DNA from: Bacilli bacterium
GTDB lineage: Bacteria; Bacillota_I; Bacilli_A; ML615J-28; CAG-698
Length of the DNA stretch: 64,000 nt
Direction of reading: 5' to 3'
Assembly (NCBI GenBank): GCA_031553555.1
Contig: JAVBLL010000018.1
Location: 62,191-126,190, forward strand
Each line of letters begins with the position of its first letter. The first letter of the stretch is position 1. Position numbers and translations under genes: made by a program. Below the pieces are notes generated by a model. That model did no database searches, was not told the origin of the DNA, and saw nothing but the letters and a program-made list of their open reading frames with translations. Positions 29,212 to 38,904 of this stretch are shown piece by piece.

Positions 29212-29877
29212 TTAAGTTGTTATAACTTCTATTTTTTTAATATTCCTGGCATATGCATAATTTTTAAAAATAGCATATGCTTCTTTTTCACATTTTTCTA
29301 AATCTGTATGACTAAAACAAATAATCATCAAAAGAATATTAGTAGTTTCTTCTGTTATCATTGTTCTTTCAGTATCACTTGTTGGAGAACCAAAAGGTGA
29401 TATATTATCTACATATAAGGGAATATTCGCGACATTAATTAATCCGCGACCAATTCCATAATATTCATCTTCTTCATTTCCAAGTCGAATATGAACATCA
29501 CCATCAATTTTATCTAAATCTAAAACAGCTGTTGAACGTCCAAGCGATAATGATAAAATATTACCACTGTCAACGACATTATTTATTCGATAAAGCTCAT
29601 TTCCTTTAACGATTCTTCTGAATAATGATTCAGTGGCTAAACGATAGCGACTTGGGTCTTTACCAAGTTTTTTATATCCATCTCTCGCTTCTTTGATTGT
29701 TTTAATACTTAGTACCTCTTCCAAAGTGAAATCAGCCCTAATTTTGGCTTCCAATCGTTTTATCTCATCTTCAACAATAAAACTACCTTCCACCCTGACA
29801 CTCATAGTGTAGGCTAAAATTGTGAAGGAAGGTAGCTTTGTTGAAAGATCATTTTCAATAATGATTTTTTTCATCAT
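29212..29877 (-). CDS. Free-standing B3/4 (PheT-type tRNA-binding/editing-like) domain protein
   Basis: INNVVDSGNILSLSLGRSTAVLDLDKIDGDVHIRLG...ETTNILLMIICF aligns with PheT B3/4 NNVVDxTNYVLLExGQPLHAFDxDKLxGxLVVR...ETTNVLLEAAxF. Confidence 0.7.
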   Translation of the reverse strand: MMKKIIIENDLSTKLPSFTILAYTMSVRVEGSFIVEDEIKRLEAKIRADFTLEEVLSIKTIKEARDGYKKLGKDPSRYRLATESLFRRIVKGNELYRINNVVDSGNILSLSLGRSTAVLDLDKIDGDVHIRLGNEEDEYYGIGRGLINVANIPLYVDNISPFGSPTSDTERTMITEETTNILLMIICFSHTDLEKCEKEAYAIFKNYAYARNIKKIEVITT

Positions 29878-29886
29878 CTAATCTAA

Positions 29887-32800
29887 TTAGCCATAAAAAA
29901 CGTTATTCTTTTTCAAATTATCAATTTCAATTTTCTTCAAACGAATTGCTTCAATAAGTAATTCGATTTTTTCATTATACTTAGAAATTGTTTTTTGAAT
30001 TTCTGGAACCTCAGCCACAACTTTGACATAATCATTTACATGACGATCTTCCTTAAGATTATTCATCTTCTTCAAATAAAAGGCAAGTTCGTTTTGTAGA
30101 CTCTTAAGTTCAGCATTTTTACCTTTTAATAAACGGCGTTCGGCAATCGGATCTAAATTTTTGACTTCCTTTCCAACAATCGCTAATTGGTTTTCACAGT
30201 TGCGATATTTTATGGCATAGTCTTTATATTTTCGGACATCGCGGAAGTCGTTTGATAAAGTTTTTTCGCTTTGAGCATATTTTTCATACATACTTTGCAA
30301 ATCACCTAGTTGTTTTTGATAATCTAGTAATGAATTTTCCAGTTCATGTAATTCTAATGTAGCATCATCAATTTGTTTTTGAATATAAGCTTCTTTTTGA
30401 GCCTGTTTTTTGGCTTCAATATTTGCTTGCTTATCAGTATTTGAAACAACAATATGTTCCTCAGGTTTTTGATTGACCGCCTTATCTTCTTGGATGCGAG
30501 TTCTTTTTTCTTGAATACTTTCCAAAACTCTTTCTGTTTCTTCTTCAACATATATATATTCATTGATATTTTGTTGGAAAGCCACCGCATCATTGTGATC
30601 CATTTTGGCTTTTTCGGTTTCTAAACGGGCTAAAGCCTCTTGTTCACGTTTAATGTACAATTCTTTTAGCTTATTTTCTTCATCAATAATATGTTGATAT
30701 TGATCTTGAATATTCTTGATGTTTTCAAGATGGCTTTTTTCAAGTTCATCAAGGCCATACTGACGAATATTTTGCAATTTGATTTCTTGAACTTCAATAC
30801 TATTCATTAAAGAATCTTTTTCTTGCTTGGATGTTTCGGTTTGATTTTCCAAAGCATTCAAAGCAACAATTTGTTCTTTTACTTGATGTATTTCACTTAA
30901 ACATTGCTTTTCTTCATCTTGTAATTCTTTCTTTGTTTTTTCATATTTTAAACTTTCATTAGATAGTTGCTGCTCTAAATCAAGTTTTAATTGTTCTAGT
31001 TTATTCATACTATTAACAAATTCTTCACCAACAAAAGCAAAATATTCACTATTCATAGTTTTAGTATCATCTAATTTGATATTTATATCTTTGTTAATAG
31101 TAATACTTGTCAGTTTGGTCATAGCTTGATTAAATGCTTCATCACGTTCTTTAACTAAAGCTTTATACTGTTTTTCATTGAATAATACTTTTTCTTCAAT
31201 TATTTCACTAGCGGATTTATCATGATTAATTTCTAATTCAAAATTAAGTTTAGATAATTCATCACTATATGTTCCAGCCATTTCTTCACAATCATTGTTA
31301 TAAATTGTTAATAAATTAGAAACATTACTTGCTTCATTATAACGTTTTTCAAGATCAGCTAGTTTAATAGAAGCATTAGCTTTTAGTTTATCACAATATT
31401 TAACTAGTTCTTCTTTAACCGTTGATAATATTTCTGCCTCAATAGCCTTTGTTTCAACAATTTCTGATTTTTCGATTTTTTGAACTAAAATAGCATTAAT
31501 ATCTTTTACTTGTTTTTCAATAAGTTCTGGATTTTTGCCAGATGTTTTTAATATTTTTATAATCTCTAGTTTCTCATCACGAAGCGTTGTCAACATTTTA
31601 TTGCGCTTTTGAATTTCTTTAATATATTCATTTTGCTCTTTTTTATAATTGGCAACAACATCTTCATAATATGTCCTATAAATATCACGATTAAGTGATG
31701 TTTGAGGATTATTTTTTAGTTCATTAACAAACTGTTCAATTGTTGAAATTTGTTGATTCAGACGAGTAATATCAGCATCGCTCTTCATTTGAACAATTTG
31801 TGTTTGCAATTTTTCAATTTCTTCTTTATATTGATTTAAATCACTACATAGTTTTTGTTCAACTTGTAAATGACTATTACGTTCACTTAATAATAATTCT
31901 TGATAATGAGTACTTTGACTTTGTAATTGAATAATATCAAAACTTGTTTCTTTAGCCGTATTTGAAGAAACTTTATTTTTTAATTGTTCATTTTCAAATT
32001 CTAATGCTCCAATTTTTGTTTGTGAATTATCCTTTTCAGTTTGAAGAATGCGTTCTAAATCTTGAATCTTATTTTCAAGAGCGCTAATCTCATCATTTTC
32101 AAGCCCTGATTTATCTTGTTCTTGAAAGTTCAAAACTTCTGTTTGTAGAGCTATTATCTCTTTATCCTTATCATCTAACTGTTTTTGATATTCAAGAAGA
32201 ATTTGGTCAAGCTTTGTAGATTGTTCTTCTATTTGTTTTTCCAAATTTTGATTATTTTCTTTTTGAGATAAAGTAATAATTTGTTCATTTTTCAAAACAA
32301 TCTCGGCTTCTTGTTCTTTGATAAATTGTTCTTTAAGACTCAATTGTTGTTCTAAAGCCTCATAATCTTGAGTTTTAGAATCAATTGAACTTTGCATAAC
32401 GGCAATTGCTTCTTCCTTATCTTTAAATAAAGTTTGTTCAGTGGCTTGTTGTTTTTGTTCTAAATCATTATATGCTTGAACTTTATCTTGTAATAAAACT
32501 TCATTTTGAGACAGTTTGTCTTCTAAGACTTTTATAGCTTCTTCTTTTTCCTTAATTATTTGTTTTAAAACTTGAGCCTCTTTTTCAGCTTTTTCTTTAA
32601 TAGACGCTAAAATGCTCTCTGTTTCAATTTCTTGTTTTTCTTTTTCTTGTTTTATTAATATTAACTCTTTTTCAGTTTGTTTTAATTTAGTTTCTAAAGC
32701 ACTGATTTCACCTTTGAAGTTACGAACCTCATTTGATTCTTGCTCTTCTAAAGTTTTCTTAGCTAAGTTGACAGCTTTTTGGGCTTGAGTAGCTGCCTTT

Positions 32801-33720
32801 TGCGCCTCTTCTGAAGCCTTGCGGGATTCGGTATTTTTTGTTTTTAAAGCAACAATTTCCTTTTGTAAAGCATCAAGTTCATCTTTTAAACTTTGTTCTT
32901 TTTGATCATCATTAACTCGTGCTTGCTCTAAAGCATTGTTAACAGCATTAACAAAATCATTTGATAATGCTAAACTATTTTCGTCTAATACTTTCATATG
33001 AGCAAATTCTAATGTGAGTAGTGCCGTCAGTTGTTGTTTTGCCTTATCTAAATCCTTTTTTAGTTTACTGTTTTGCGTTTCTAAAGCTTCTGTTTTTAAA
33101 TCAAAATCACCACTACTAATTTTAGGTCTCTTAACTTCAACTTCTTCTTTATCATCAAGTTCTTTATTTAACGCCGACAATTTTGAACGCAAAGGATCCT
33201 GAGTTTGACTTTTAAGTGACTGTTTAGTCATCATATTCTGGTCAAGTTTTTTTTGAGCTGATACTCTTTCACGCATTTTATCTAAGGCACTCATTTCCTT
33301 AGTTTCTTTTTTATCATCGTTAATTGTGTCATCAACCTTTTTACTAAACAAGTCCGGTTTTTCACCCTCAGTATTAGTTTCTTCTATATTAGTTTCTGGT
33401 AGACCACGTTTTTTAAGCATAGGTTTTTCACCTTCAGGTAATTCTTCAACTGATTTAGCCGAATTATCAGGAGCAGTTCTTTTTTTCAAAACCGGTTTAT
33501 TTCCTGTTTCATCTGTTGATTTTGAAGTTTCTGGTAAATCACGTTTTTTAAGCATAGGTTTTTCTCCTTTTGGTGATTCTTCTACTTGAACAACACCATT
33601 TTTACCCAAACGTTTCATTTCTTCATTTGGTAAGTTAATTTCTTCAACCTGCTTTTTTGCTGGGCTCTTAGCCTTAGCTGTTGTATCTTTTGTTAATTTG
33701 TCATCTTTTTTGGCCGCCAT
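29887..33720 (-). CDS. Giant (1277 aa) K/E/Q-rich coiled-coil protein with N-terminal ~40-residue tandem repeats (EGEKPMLKKRxLPET); no signal peptide, no NTP-binding motif
   Basis: Continuous heptad-like EK/QL-rich sequence over >1000 aa. N-terminal low-complexity repeat region. 2-nt gap from the upstream membrane-protein gene. Confidence 0.5.
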   Translation of the reverse strand: MAAKKDDKLTKDTTAKAKSPAKKQVEEINLPNEEMKRLGKNGVVQVEESPKGEKPMLKKRDLPETSKSTDETGNKPVLKKRTAPDNSAKSVEELPEGEKPMLKKRGLPETNIEETNTEGEKPDLFSKKVDDTINDDKKETKEMSALDKMRERVSAQKKLDQNMMTKQSLKSQTQDPLRSKLSALNKELDDKEEVEVKRPKISSGDFDLKTEALETQNSKLKKDLDKAKQQLTALLTLEFAHMKVLDENSLALSNDFVNAVNNALEQARVNDDQKEQSLKDELDALQKEIVALKTKNTESRKASEEAQKAATQAQKAVNLAKKTLEEQESNEVRNFKGEISALETKLKQTEKELILIKQEKEKQEIETESILASIKEKAEKEAQVLKQIIKEKEEAIKVLEDKLSQNEVLLQDKVQAYNDLEQKQQATEQTLFKDKEEAIAVMQSSIDSKTQDYEALEQQLSLKEQFIKEQEAEIVLKNEQIITLSQKENNQNLEKQIEEQSTKLDQILLEYQKQLDDKDKEIIALQTEVLNFQEQDKSGLENDEISALENKIQDLERILQTEKDNSQTKIGALEFENEQLKNKVSSNTAKETSFDIIQLQSQSTHYQELLLSERNSHLQVEQKLCSDLNQYKEEIEKLQTQIVQMKSDADITRLNQQISTIEQFVNELKNNPQTSLNRDIYRTYYEDVVANYKKEQNEYIKEIQKRNKMLTTLRDEKLEIIKILKTSGKNPELIEKQVKDINAILVQKIEKSEIVETKAIEAEILSTVKEELVKYCDKLKANASIKLADLEKRYNEASNVSNLLTIYNNDCEEMAGTYSDELSKLNFELEINHDKSASEIIEEKVLFNEKQYKALVKERDEAFNQAMTKLTSITINKDINIKLDDTKTMNSEYFAFVGEEFVNSMNKLEQLKLDLEQQLSNESLKYEKTKKELQDEEKQCLSEIHQVKEQIVALNALENQTETSKQEKDSLMNSIEVQEIKLQNIRQYGLDELEKSHLENIKNIQDQYQHIIDEENKLKELYIKREQEALARLETEKAKMDHNDAVAFQQNINEYIYVEEETERVLESIQEKRTRIQEDKAVNQKPEEHIVVSNTDKQANIEAKKQAQKEAYIQKQIDDATLELHELENSLLDYQKQLGDLQSMYEKYAQSEKTLSNDFRDVRKYKDYAIKYRNCENQLAIVGKEVKNLDPIAERRLLKGKNAELKSLQNELAFYLKKMNNLKEDRHVNDYVKVVAEVPEIQKTISKYNEKIELLIEAIRLKKIEIDNLKKNNVFYG
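33391..33584 (-). repeat. In-frame tandem DNA repeat (two ~60-bp conserved cores 134 bp apart, plus a degenerate third) encoding the PMLKKR repeats
   Basis: agtttctggtaNaNcacgttttttaagcataggtttttc at 33391-33450 and 33525-33584. Confidence 0.7.
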
Positions 33721-33722
33721 TT

Positions 33723-34718
33723 TTATTCTCCTCCTGAAAGTAATTTATTAATAAGTTCATATATCATCATACCCAAGGTATACGCAACAGCAATAACACT
33801 ACAAACCCAAGCATTAAATGAAGGAAAACTATAAGTGAATTTACTCTTCTTTTTTGCATTTATATTTGAAAGGGTTCGTTTATTCATTTCGACTGTCATT
33901 TTTACTAAATGATCAAGTTTTTTCAAATCAACTGCTGTTTTTGCAATTGGATATGGAGATTTCTTGATTTTCTTTTTACCTACTATTTTTTTATAGTATT
34001 TTTCTGTCTTACGAGATTTTTGTTTAAATTCTTTTCTAAGTTCAGCTTTATATTTCCCAAATGTTTTTGTTTCTTTTCTTTGTAATCTTTTCCTAGCGAT
34101 AATTGTGAACCAATGTACTAAAGCTATTATAAAACTAAGTGTTGATAATCCAGCAATCGCATATGCACCATACAAGAAATAATCAGTTAGTTTGGGAACA
34201 AATGGAATAATATTTAAAATGAGTAATACTGGCAAAGCCATACCAATTAATAATAAAATAAATTTCAATATATTGATATTATCTAAATCAATTAATTTAA
34301 CATTTTCTAAACTCTCTTGAGCCTCTTTAAAAATATTTTCAATCTTCGTATTCGCTTCTTTTTTCCAAGACTTCAAATTCTTTTTAATTACTTTTTTGCG
34401 TTTTGAAGTAGAGAATTCCGTTGTTCTCAAAATTGATCCCATTGGATAAGTACGGCGTTTATGATTTATTTTAAAATCCTCAATTGAAAGGATATATTTT
34501 TGAAAGACTGCATTATCTTGATATAGAAAAGGATTTTCCAATAAAGCTTGTTGCACACTTTCCGGTTCACCATCATCATGACGAATAATTTTGTTATCAT
34601 CTGTTGCTTGCAAGCGTCTATTTTCAATAAATTCATTTTTATTATCAAATTGTCCATCAACAATAAACTTACCACTTGCATCAGTGGAATACACTTTTAC
34701 CTTTGATTTATCAGCCAT
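33723..34718 (-). CDS. Membrane protein of unknown function (cytoplasmic N-domain ~150 aa, 2 TM hairpin, basic linker, C-terminal TM)
   Basis: TMs ILKFILLLIGMALPVLLILNIIPF, YGAYAIAGLSTLSFIIALVHWF, AWVCSVIAVAYTLGMMIY. K/R-rich linker. Co-transcribed with the coiled-coil gene. Confidence 0.4.
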   Translation of the reverse strand: MADKSKVKVYSTDASGKFIVDGQFDNKNEFIENRRLQATDDNKIIRHDDGEPESVQQALLENPFLYQDNAVFQKYILSIEDFKINHKRRTYPMGSILRTTEFSTSKRKKVIKKNLKSWKKEANTKIENIFKEAQESLENVKLIDLDNINILKFILLLIGMALPVLLILNIIPFVPKLTDYFLYGAYAIAGLSTLSFIIALVHWFTIIARKRLQRKETKTFGKYKAELRKEFKQKSRKTEKYYKKIVGKKKIKKSPYPIAKTAVDLKKLDHLVKMTVEMNKRTLSNINAKKKSKFTYSFPSFNAWVCSVIAVAYTLGMMIYELINKLLSGGE

Positions 34719-34764
34719 AACGTAGCCTCCTTTCTAAAAATTTATATTTTAAGGAATCAAGTTC

Positions 34765-35718
34765 CTATTTATTTTCCAATGACTTAAAATAACCACTTAC
34801 AGCAATCATCACTGCATTATCAGTACAATAACTCATACTAGGGAAAGTTAATTTTACTCCATCAATACCATTTACTGCCTCTTTCATCTTTTCCCTTAAA
34901 CCACGATTTGCGGCGACTCCACCGGCAACAATAATGTGGTTAATATTATATTCTTTAGCAGCCTTAATTGTTTTATTAACTAAAACTTCAACTACAGTTT
35001 CTTGAAATGAACAAGCCAAATCATTAATAATTATCTCTTCATTTTTCATGCGACATTTATTAATTAAATTTAAGACGGCGGACTTTATTCCTGAAAAACT
35101 AAAATTATAATCATCTTTATCATTGTAAACCGGTAAAATATAACGATGCTCTCCTAGATGGGCAGCATCATCTACTGGTTTACCAGCTGGATAAGGGAAA
35201 TTCATAACTCGTCCGACTTTATCATATGCCTCACCAATTGCATCATCAAAAGTTTGTCCAATCACTTCAAAGTCATAATGCTTTTTCATTATAATTAATT
35301 CTGTATGTCCTCCACTTACTACTAGCGCAAGAACTGGAAAATAAAAATCACTTTCAATGTAGTTTGCATATATATGTCCGGTTAAATGATCTACTTCGAT
35401 ATATTTAATATTGTTCGCTAATGCATAACTTTTGGCAGCATTTATCCCAACAAGTAAAGAACCAATCAAACCTGGGCTTACTGTAACCGCCACTAAATCA
35501 ATGTCAGCAGCTGTCATATGGGCCTTCTCTAGACATTGTTCAAAAACAATTGTGATTTTTTGAATATGTTTGCGACTGGCAACTTCCGGAACGACTCCAC
35601 CATATTGTGCGAAAACATCAATCTGTGAATATATGATACTAGATAAAACTTTTTTACCATCTTGAACTATAGCCACTGCTGTTTCATCACAACTTGTTTC
35701 AACACCCAAAACTATCAT
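34765..35718 (-). CDS. tsaD: tRNA N6-adenosine threonylcarbamoyltransferase TsaD (Kae1/Gcp)
   Basis: MIVLGVETSCDETAVAIV N-terminus. HxxxH metal site (DHLTGHIYA). Confidence 0.9.
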   Translation of the reverse strand: MIVLGVETSCDETAVAIVQDGKKVLSSIIYSQIDVFAQYGGVVPEVASRKHIQKITIVFEQCLEKAHMTAADIDLVAVTVSPGLIGSLLVGINAAKSYALANNIKYIEVDHLTGHIYANYIESDFYFPVLALVVSGGHTELIIMKKHYDFEVIGQTFDDAIGEAYDKVGRVMNFPYPAGKPVDDAAHLGEHRYILPVYNDKDDYNFSFSGIKSAVLNLINKCRMKNEEIIINDLACSFQETVVEVLVNKTIKAAKEYNINHIIVAGGVAANRGLREKMKEAVNGIDGVKLTFPSMSYCTDNAVMIAVSGYFKSLENK

Positions 35719-36164
35719 TTTATCACCTCAAAAACTCTCATCATCACTAAAGCGTCTTCGCCATCACTATAATAGTTAAGTCTTTCATTGACCACTTCTA
35801 ATTGATATTTTTCATATAAACTAATTGCTTTTATGTTAGATCTACGAACTTCCAAGGTTAAATTTTCAATGTTACTCATAATACATAAATCAATAACAAA
35901 ATCCATTAATAAACCACCAAATCCATAACCTTGATATTCTTTATCCACATATAAGTTAATAATTTCAGCATTTTCATTTACCCACATACCTACATATCCA
36001 TGGATATTTTTATCAATTTCTAAAACCATATATGCTGCATATGGATTAATAGTTAAATCTGCATAAATCATGTCATATCCTAAACTATGACCAAACACTT
36101 TTTCTTCACCACATACAATAGTTTCTATATCCTCAATTTTCATTGGACGTAAATTATATTTCAT
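35715..36164 (-). CDS. rimI: Ribosomal-protein-alanine N-acetyltransferase (GNAT)
   Basis: GNAT motif QGYGFGGLLMDFV. Position between tsaB and tsaD is conserved in Firmicutes. Confidence 0.7.
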   Translation of the reverse strand: MKYNLRPMKIEDIETIVCGEEKVFGHSLGYDMIYADLTINPYAAYMVLEIDKNIHGYVGMWVNENAEIINLYVDKEYQGYGFGGLLMDFVIDLCIMSNIENLTLEVRRSNIKAISLYEKYQLEVVNERLNYYSDGEDALVMMRVFEVIK

Positions 36165-36751
36165 TAAATATCACTGCGCAAATAGTTGGGTTCCAAACAA
36201 TGAATTTCTGTAACTTTCACTAAATTGTCCTCACTAATATTTAAAGCATTATAATTTATAAATTGCTCATCAATAATAATAGGATTTGAATATTTTAATA
36301 AACTTTTGTTAAATTCTTCTAAGCTAACAAAAGATTCTTTTTCCAAATATTGTATTTCCTTATTTTTTATAACAACAACCATGCTATAACAATAATCTTT
36401 TTTGGCACGAAATTTAACAGCGTATATGCCATCACTATCTAAGTAACCACTAATTAATAATTCCAGACTACTAATAGTAAACAGCGGGATTCCAAGACAC
36501 CAACTAAACATTTTTGCTACAGTTAAACTCACACGCAAACCAGTATATGCCCCTGGTCCTATTCCCACAATAATACGGTCAAAGTTTTTCACTTCTAACT
36601 TATGCTTTTTAAGACCTATTTCAATAAACCTTAATAGATTATCTGAATGATTGTTTTTTCCTTCTTCTTTTACTTCATAAATTATTTTATTATCATCAAT
36701 AAAACTAACGATTAGAAAATTAGTTGATGTATCTAAAATTAAACTTTTCAT
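36164..36751 (-). CDS. tsaB: tRNA threonylcarbamoyladenosine biosynthesis protein TsaB (YeaZ)
   Basis: MKSLILDTSTNFLIVSF ASKHA-fold N-terminus. Confidence 0.8.
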   Translation of the reverse strand: MKSLILDTSTNFLIVSFIDDNKIIYEVKEEGKNNHSDNLLRFIEIGLKKHKLEVKNFDRIIVGIGPGAYTGLRVSLTVAKMFSWCLGIPLFTISSLELLISGYLDSDGIYAVKFRAKKDYCYSMVVVIKNKEIQYLEKESFVSLEEFNKSLLKYSNPIIIDEQFINYNALNISEDNLVKVTEIHCLEPNYLRSDI

Positions 36752-37200
36752 ATTTTAACCTCATTAAGAAGTTCATTATAAACATTACCATACGATGAAA
36801 TGCTAACTACTCTTTGGTTGTCTCCATTATCAATAATATCTATTTCTAAAAATTCTTCAGGCAATAGAGCTTTAACATGTGATGCCCATTCAATGACACA
36901 AACGCCATCCATATCAAAATATTCCTCAAGTTCAAAATCAACCAATGGATTTTCAATACGATAAACATCAAGATGATATAAATCCAGTCGACCATTATAT
37001 ATTTTCATTAAAGTGAATGTTGGTGAATTTATAATTTTTGTAATATTCAAACCCGTTGCAATGCCTTTAGTCATAGTTGTTTTACCAGCACCTAAATCTC
37101 CATTCATTGCTATAACCATATTAGGTTTCAATAACTTACCAATTTCATGGCCAAGTTTTATCATTTCTTCTGGACTATTAATAATATATTTCTTTTTCAT
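36748..37200 (-). CDS. tsaE: tRNA t6A ATPase TsaE (YjeE)
   Basis: Walker A GDLGAGKTT. ~150 aa. Confidence 0.8.
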   Translation of the reverse strand: MKKKYIINSPEEMIKLGHEIGKLLKPNMVIAMNGDLGAGKTTMTKGIATGLNITKIINSPTFTLMKIYNGRLDLYHLDVYRIENPLVDFELEEYFDMDGVCVIEWASHVKALLPEEFLEIDIIDNGDNQRVVSISSYGNVYNELLNEVKI

Positions 37201-37339
37201 AATTCACTCAAACCTTTAATGCTAATTTACTTACAATTATTATAACATAAATTAGATTTTTTTTCACTATTAATTTAAATTTATATGTTAAATAAAAAAA
37301 TCAATTTTCTCATAATTATCACTTTACAAATTTATAAAC

Positions 37340-37390
37340 TAAATAAAAATAAAAAATCAAAGATTTATGAAATAAACCTTTGATTTTAAT
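37340..37390 (-). terminator. Terminator downstream of amidase gene
   Basis: Stem AAATCAAAG/CTTTGATTT (37354-37362/37378-37386). U-rich tail on minus strand from the A-rich 37340-37356. Confidence 0.55.
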
Positions 37391-37437
37391 ATATTAACTA
37401 TAATTTTAATTAAACAATTATTTCCTAGATAATAATA

Positions 37438-38103
37438 TTATAAATAGTTAATAATACCTTGAAATATAGCATAAGCAATTTGTTTTTGATAACTTTCTGT
37501 TTTTAATAAACTCAATTCTTCATCATTACTTAAAAATCCAACTTCAACAAGACTACCCGGTTTTACTGTGTTATCAATTAAATATTTGCCCTTAATTGCT
37601 AGAGCTTTACGATTAGTATTTTTTAAAATACTAATCAGTTGTTCTTGAACATTTTCAGCAAGTAGCTTACATTTTTCATCATTTGCTTTATAAAAAGTTT
37701 GGGCGCCTTTTATACTACCACTTGAATATATATTAGCATGAACAGAAATATATAATAAACAATTAGAATTATTAATCAAATTAACTCTCTTTGTGATATC
37801 CTCAGTTTTGCGTATTTTTGCGTTAGGACTGGCTAAATCATAATCACCATCTCTAGTTAAATAGACTTTAAAATCGGCATTTTCTAAATATGTTTTCAAG
37901 TAAAAACAAATGTTTAAATTGAGTTCCTTTTCATAAAAATCATCCTTTGATATTGCCCCACAATCTTTACCACCATGGCCAGGATCAAGGTAAATACTTT
38001 TGTTTTCTTGATTAACTTCTTTAATTATTTCAGCTGTTGAAATAATACAAAAAACGAATACAAGGATAACTATTGAATATATCTTGCTTATTCCTTTTGT
38101 CAT
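37438..38103 (-). CDS. N-acetylmuramoyl-L-alanine amidase, family 3 (CwlD-like, secreted)
   Basis: Signal/TM anchor ISKIYSIVILVFVFCIISTA. Amidase_3 motifs LDPGHGGKD, ISVHAN, E in LVEVGFLSN. Start moved to ATG 38103 (GGTGA RBS); track start 38112 is GTG. Confidence 0.75.
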   Translation of the reverse strand: MTKGISKIYSIVILVFVFCIISTAEIIKEVNQENKSIYLDPGHGGKDCGAISKDDFYEKELNLNICFYLKTYLENADFKVYLTRDGDYDLASPNAKIRKTEDITKRVNLINNSNCLLYISVHANIYSSGSIKGAQTFYKANDEKCKLLAENVQEQLISILKNTNRKALAIKGKYLIDNTVKPGSLVEVGFLSNDEELSLLKTESYQKQIAYAIFQGIINYL

Positions 38104-38149
38104 TATTATCACCTATAAGACATTGTATGCAAAAAATATTTCTATAATG

Positions 38150-38196
38150 CTATAAAAAATTAAAACCTCAATTTTCTATTTTGAAAATTGAGGTGC
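38150..38196 (-). terminator. Terminator downstream of 191-aa hypothetical gene
   Basis: 12-bp stem ACCTCAATTTTC/GAAAATTGAGGT, 6-nt loop. U-run on minus strand. Confidence 0.6.
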
Positions 38197-38328
38197 AATT
38201 ATTAATTTCCATAAAATATTTGACATATTGAAACATTCGATTATTATCTAAATAATAGAGTTACGGGCAAAATTTTAATAATGTTTAATTAATAATATCA
38301 TATTTTTAATTTCCTAAAACATATAACA

Positions 38329-38904
38329 TTACAAATATATTTTGCGATATAAATTTTTTTGACGATATTTATCTTTCCACTTCTTTGTATAACCTATTTC
38401 TTCACTATTGGTTGCAAGACGGCATTTTGAACTATTTTTTCTCCATGAATCCCATTTATTATTTAAATATTCAATATATAATGCTTTACTATAAATATCA
38501 TTAAGTACATTAAGTATATCTTGAAATAATTTTTCTTGACCTATGATACCATAATTATTATATTTTGTGATTAATGATAGTTTTGGCTTTACACTGTAAT
38601 GAAAATTTGCGATTGTTTCTTGAGATGTCTCATAATAACAAAAAGGAATTTGAACAGGAAAATCAACAAAAAAATATTCAATGTACGCATAACCATCTGT
38701 AAAAGTGATACATGACAATCCGCGTTCTTTTTCTTCAAAAACCACTATTACGCCACAATCATCTTCTTCATCTAAATAAATTTGAACCTCTTCAATTATA
38801 AACATCTTCTTTACTTCTTTGATAAAACCATTATTTTCATAAGAAAAATATTCTTTTATTTGGATAGTCAAGGGATGAATTTTTTTATCTATTTGTTTCT
38901 TCAT
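38329..38904 (-). CDS. Hypothetical cytoplasmic protein (191 aa), last gene of an uncharacterised cassette
   Basis: No recognisable motifs. 20-nt overlap with the upstream 600-aa gene implies coupling. Confidence 0.4.
   Translation of the reverse strand: MKKQIDKKIHPLTIQIKEYFSYENNGFIKEVKKMFIIEEVQIYLDEEDDCGVIVVFEEKERGLSCITFTDGYAYIEYFFVDFPVQIPFCYYETSQETIANFHYSVKPKLSLITKYNNYGIIGQEKLFQDILNVLNDIYSKALYIEYLNNKWDSWRKNSSKCRLATNSEEIGYTKKWKDKYRQKNLYRKIYL

Noticed and set aside
33300-33620. Tandem repeat region considered as a possible CRISPR-like array or mobile-element remnant
   Set aside because: Repeats are in-frame within a continuous 1277-codon ORF and encode a repeated peptide. Spacers are not unique and no cas genes are present. 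It is an intragenic tandem repeat.
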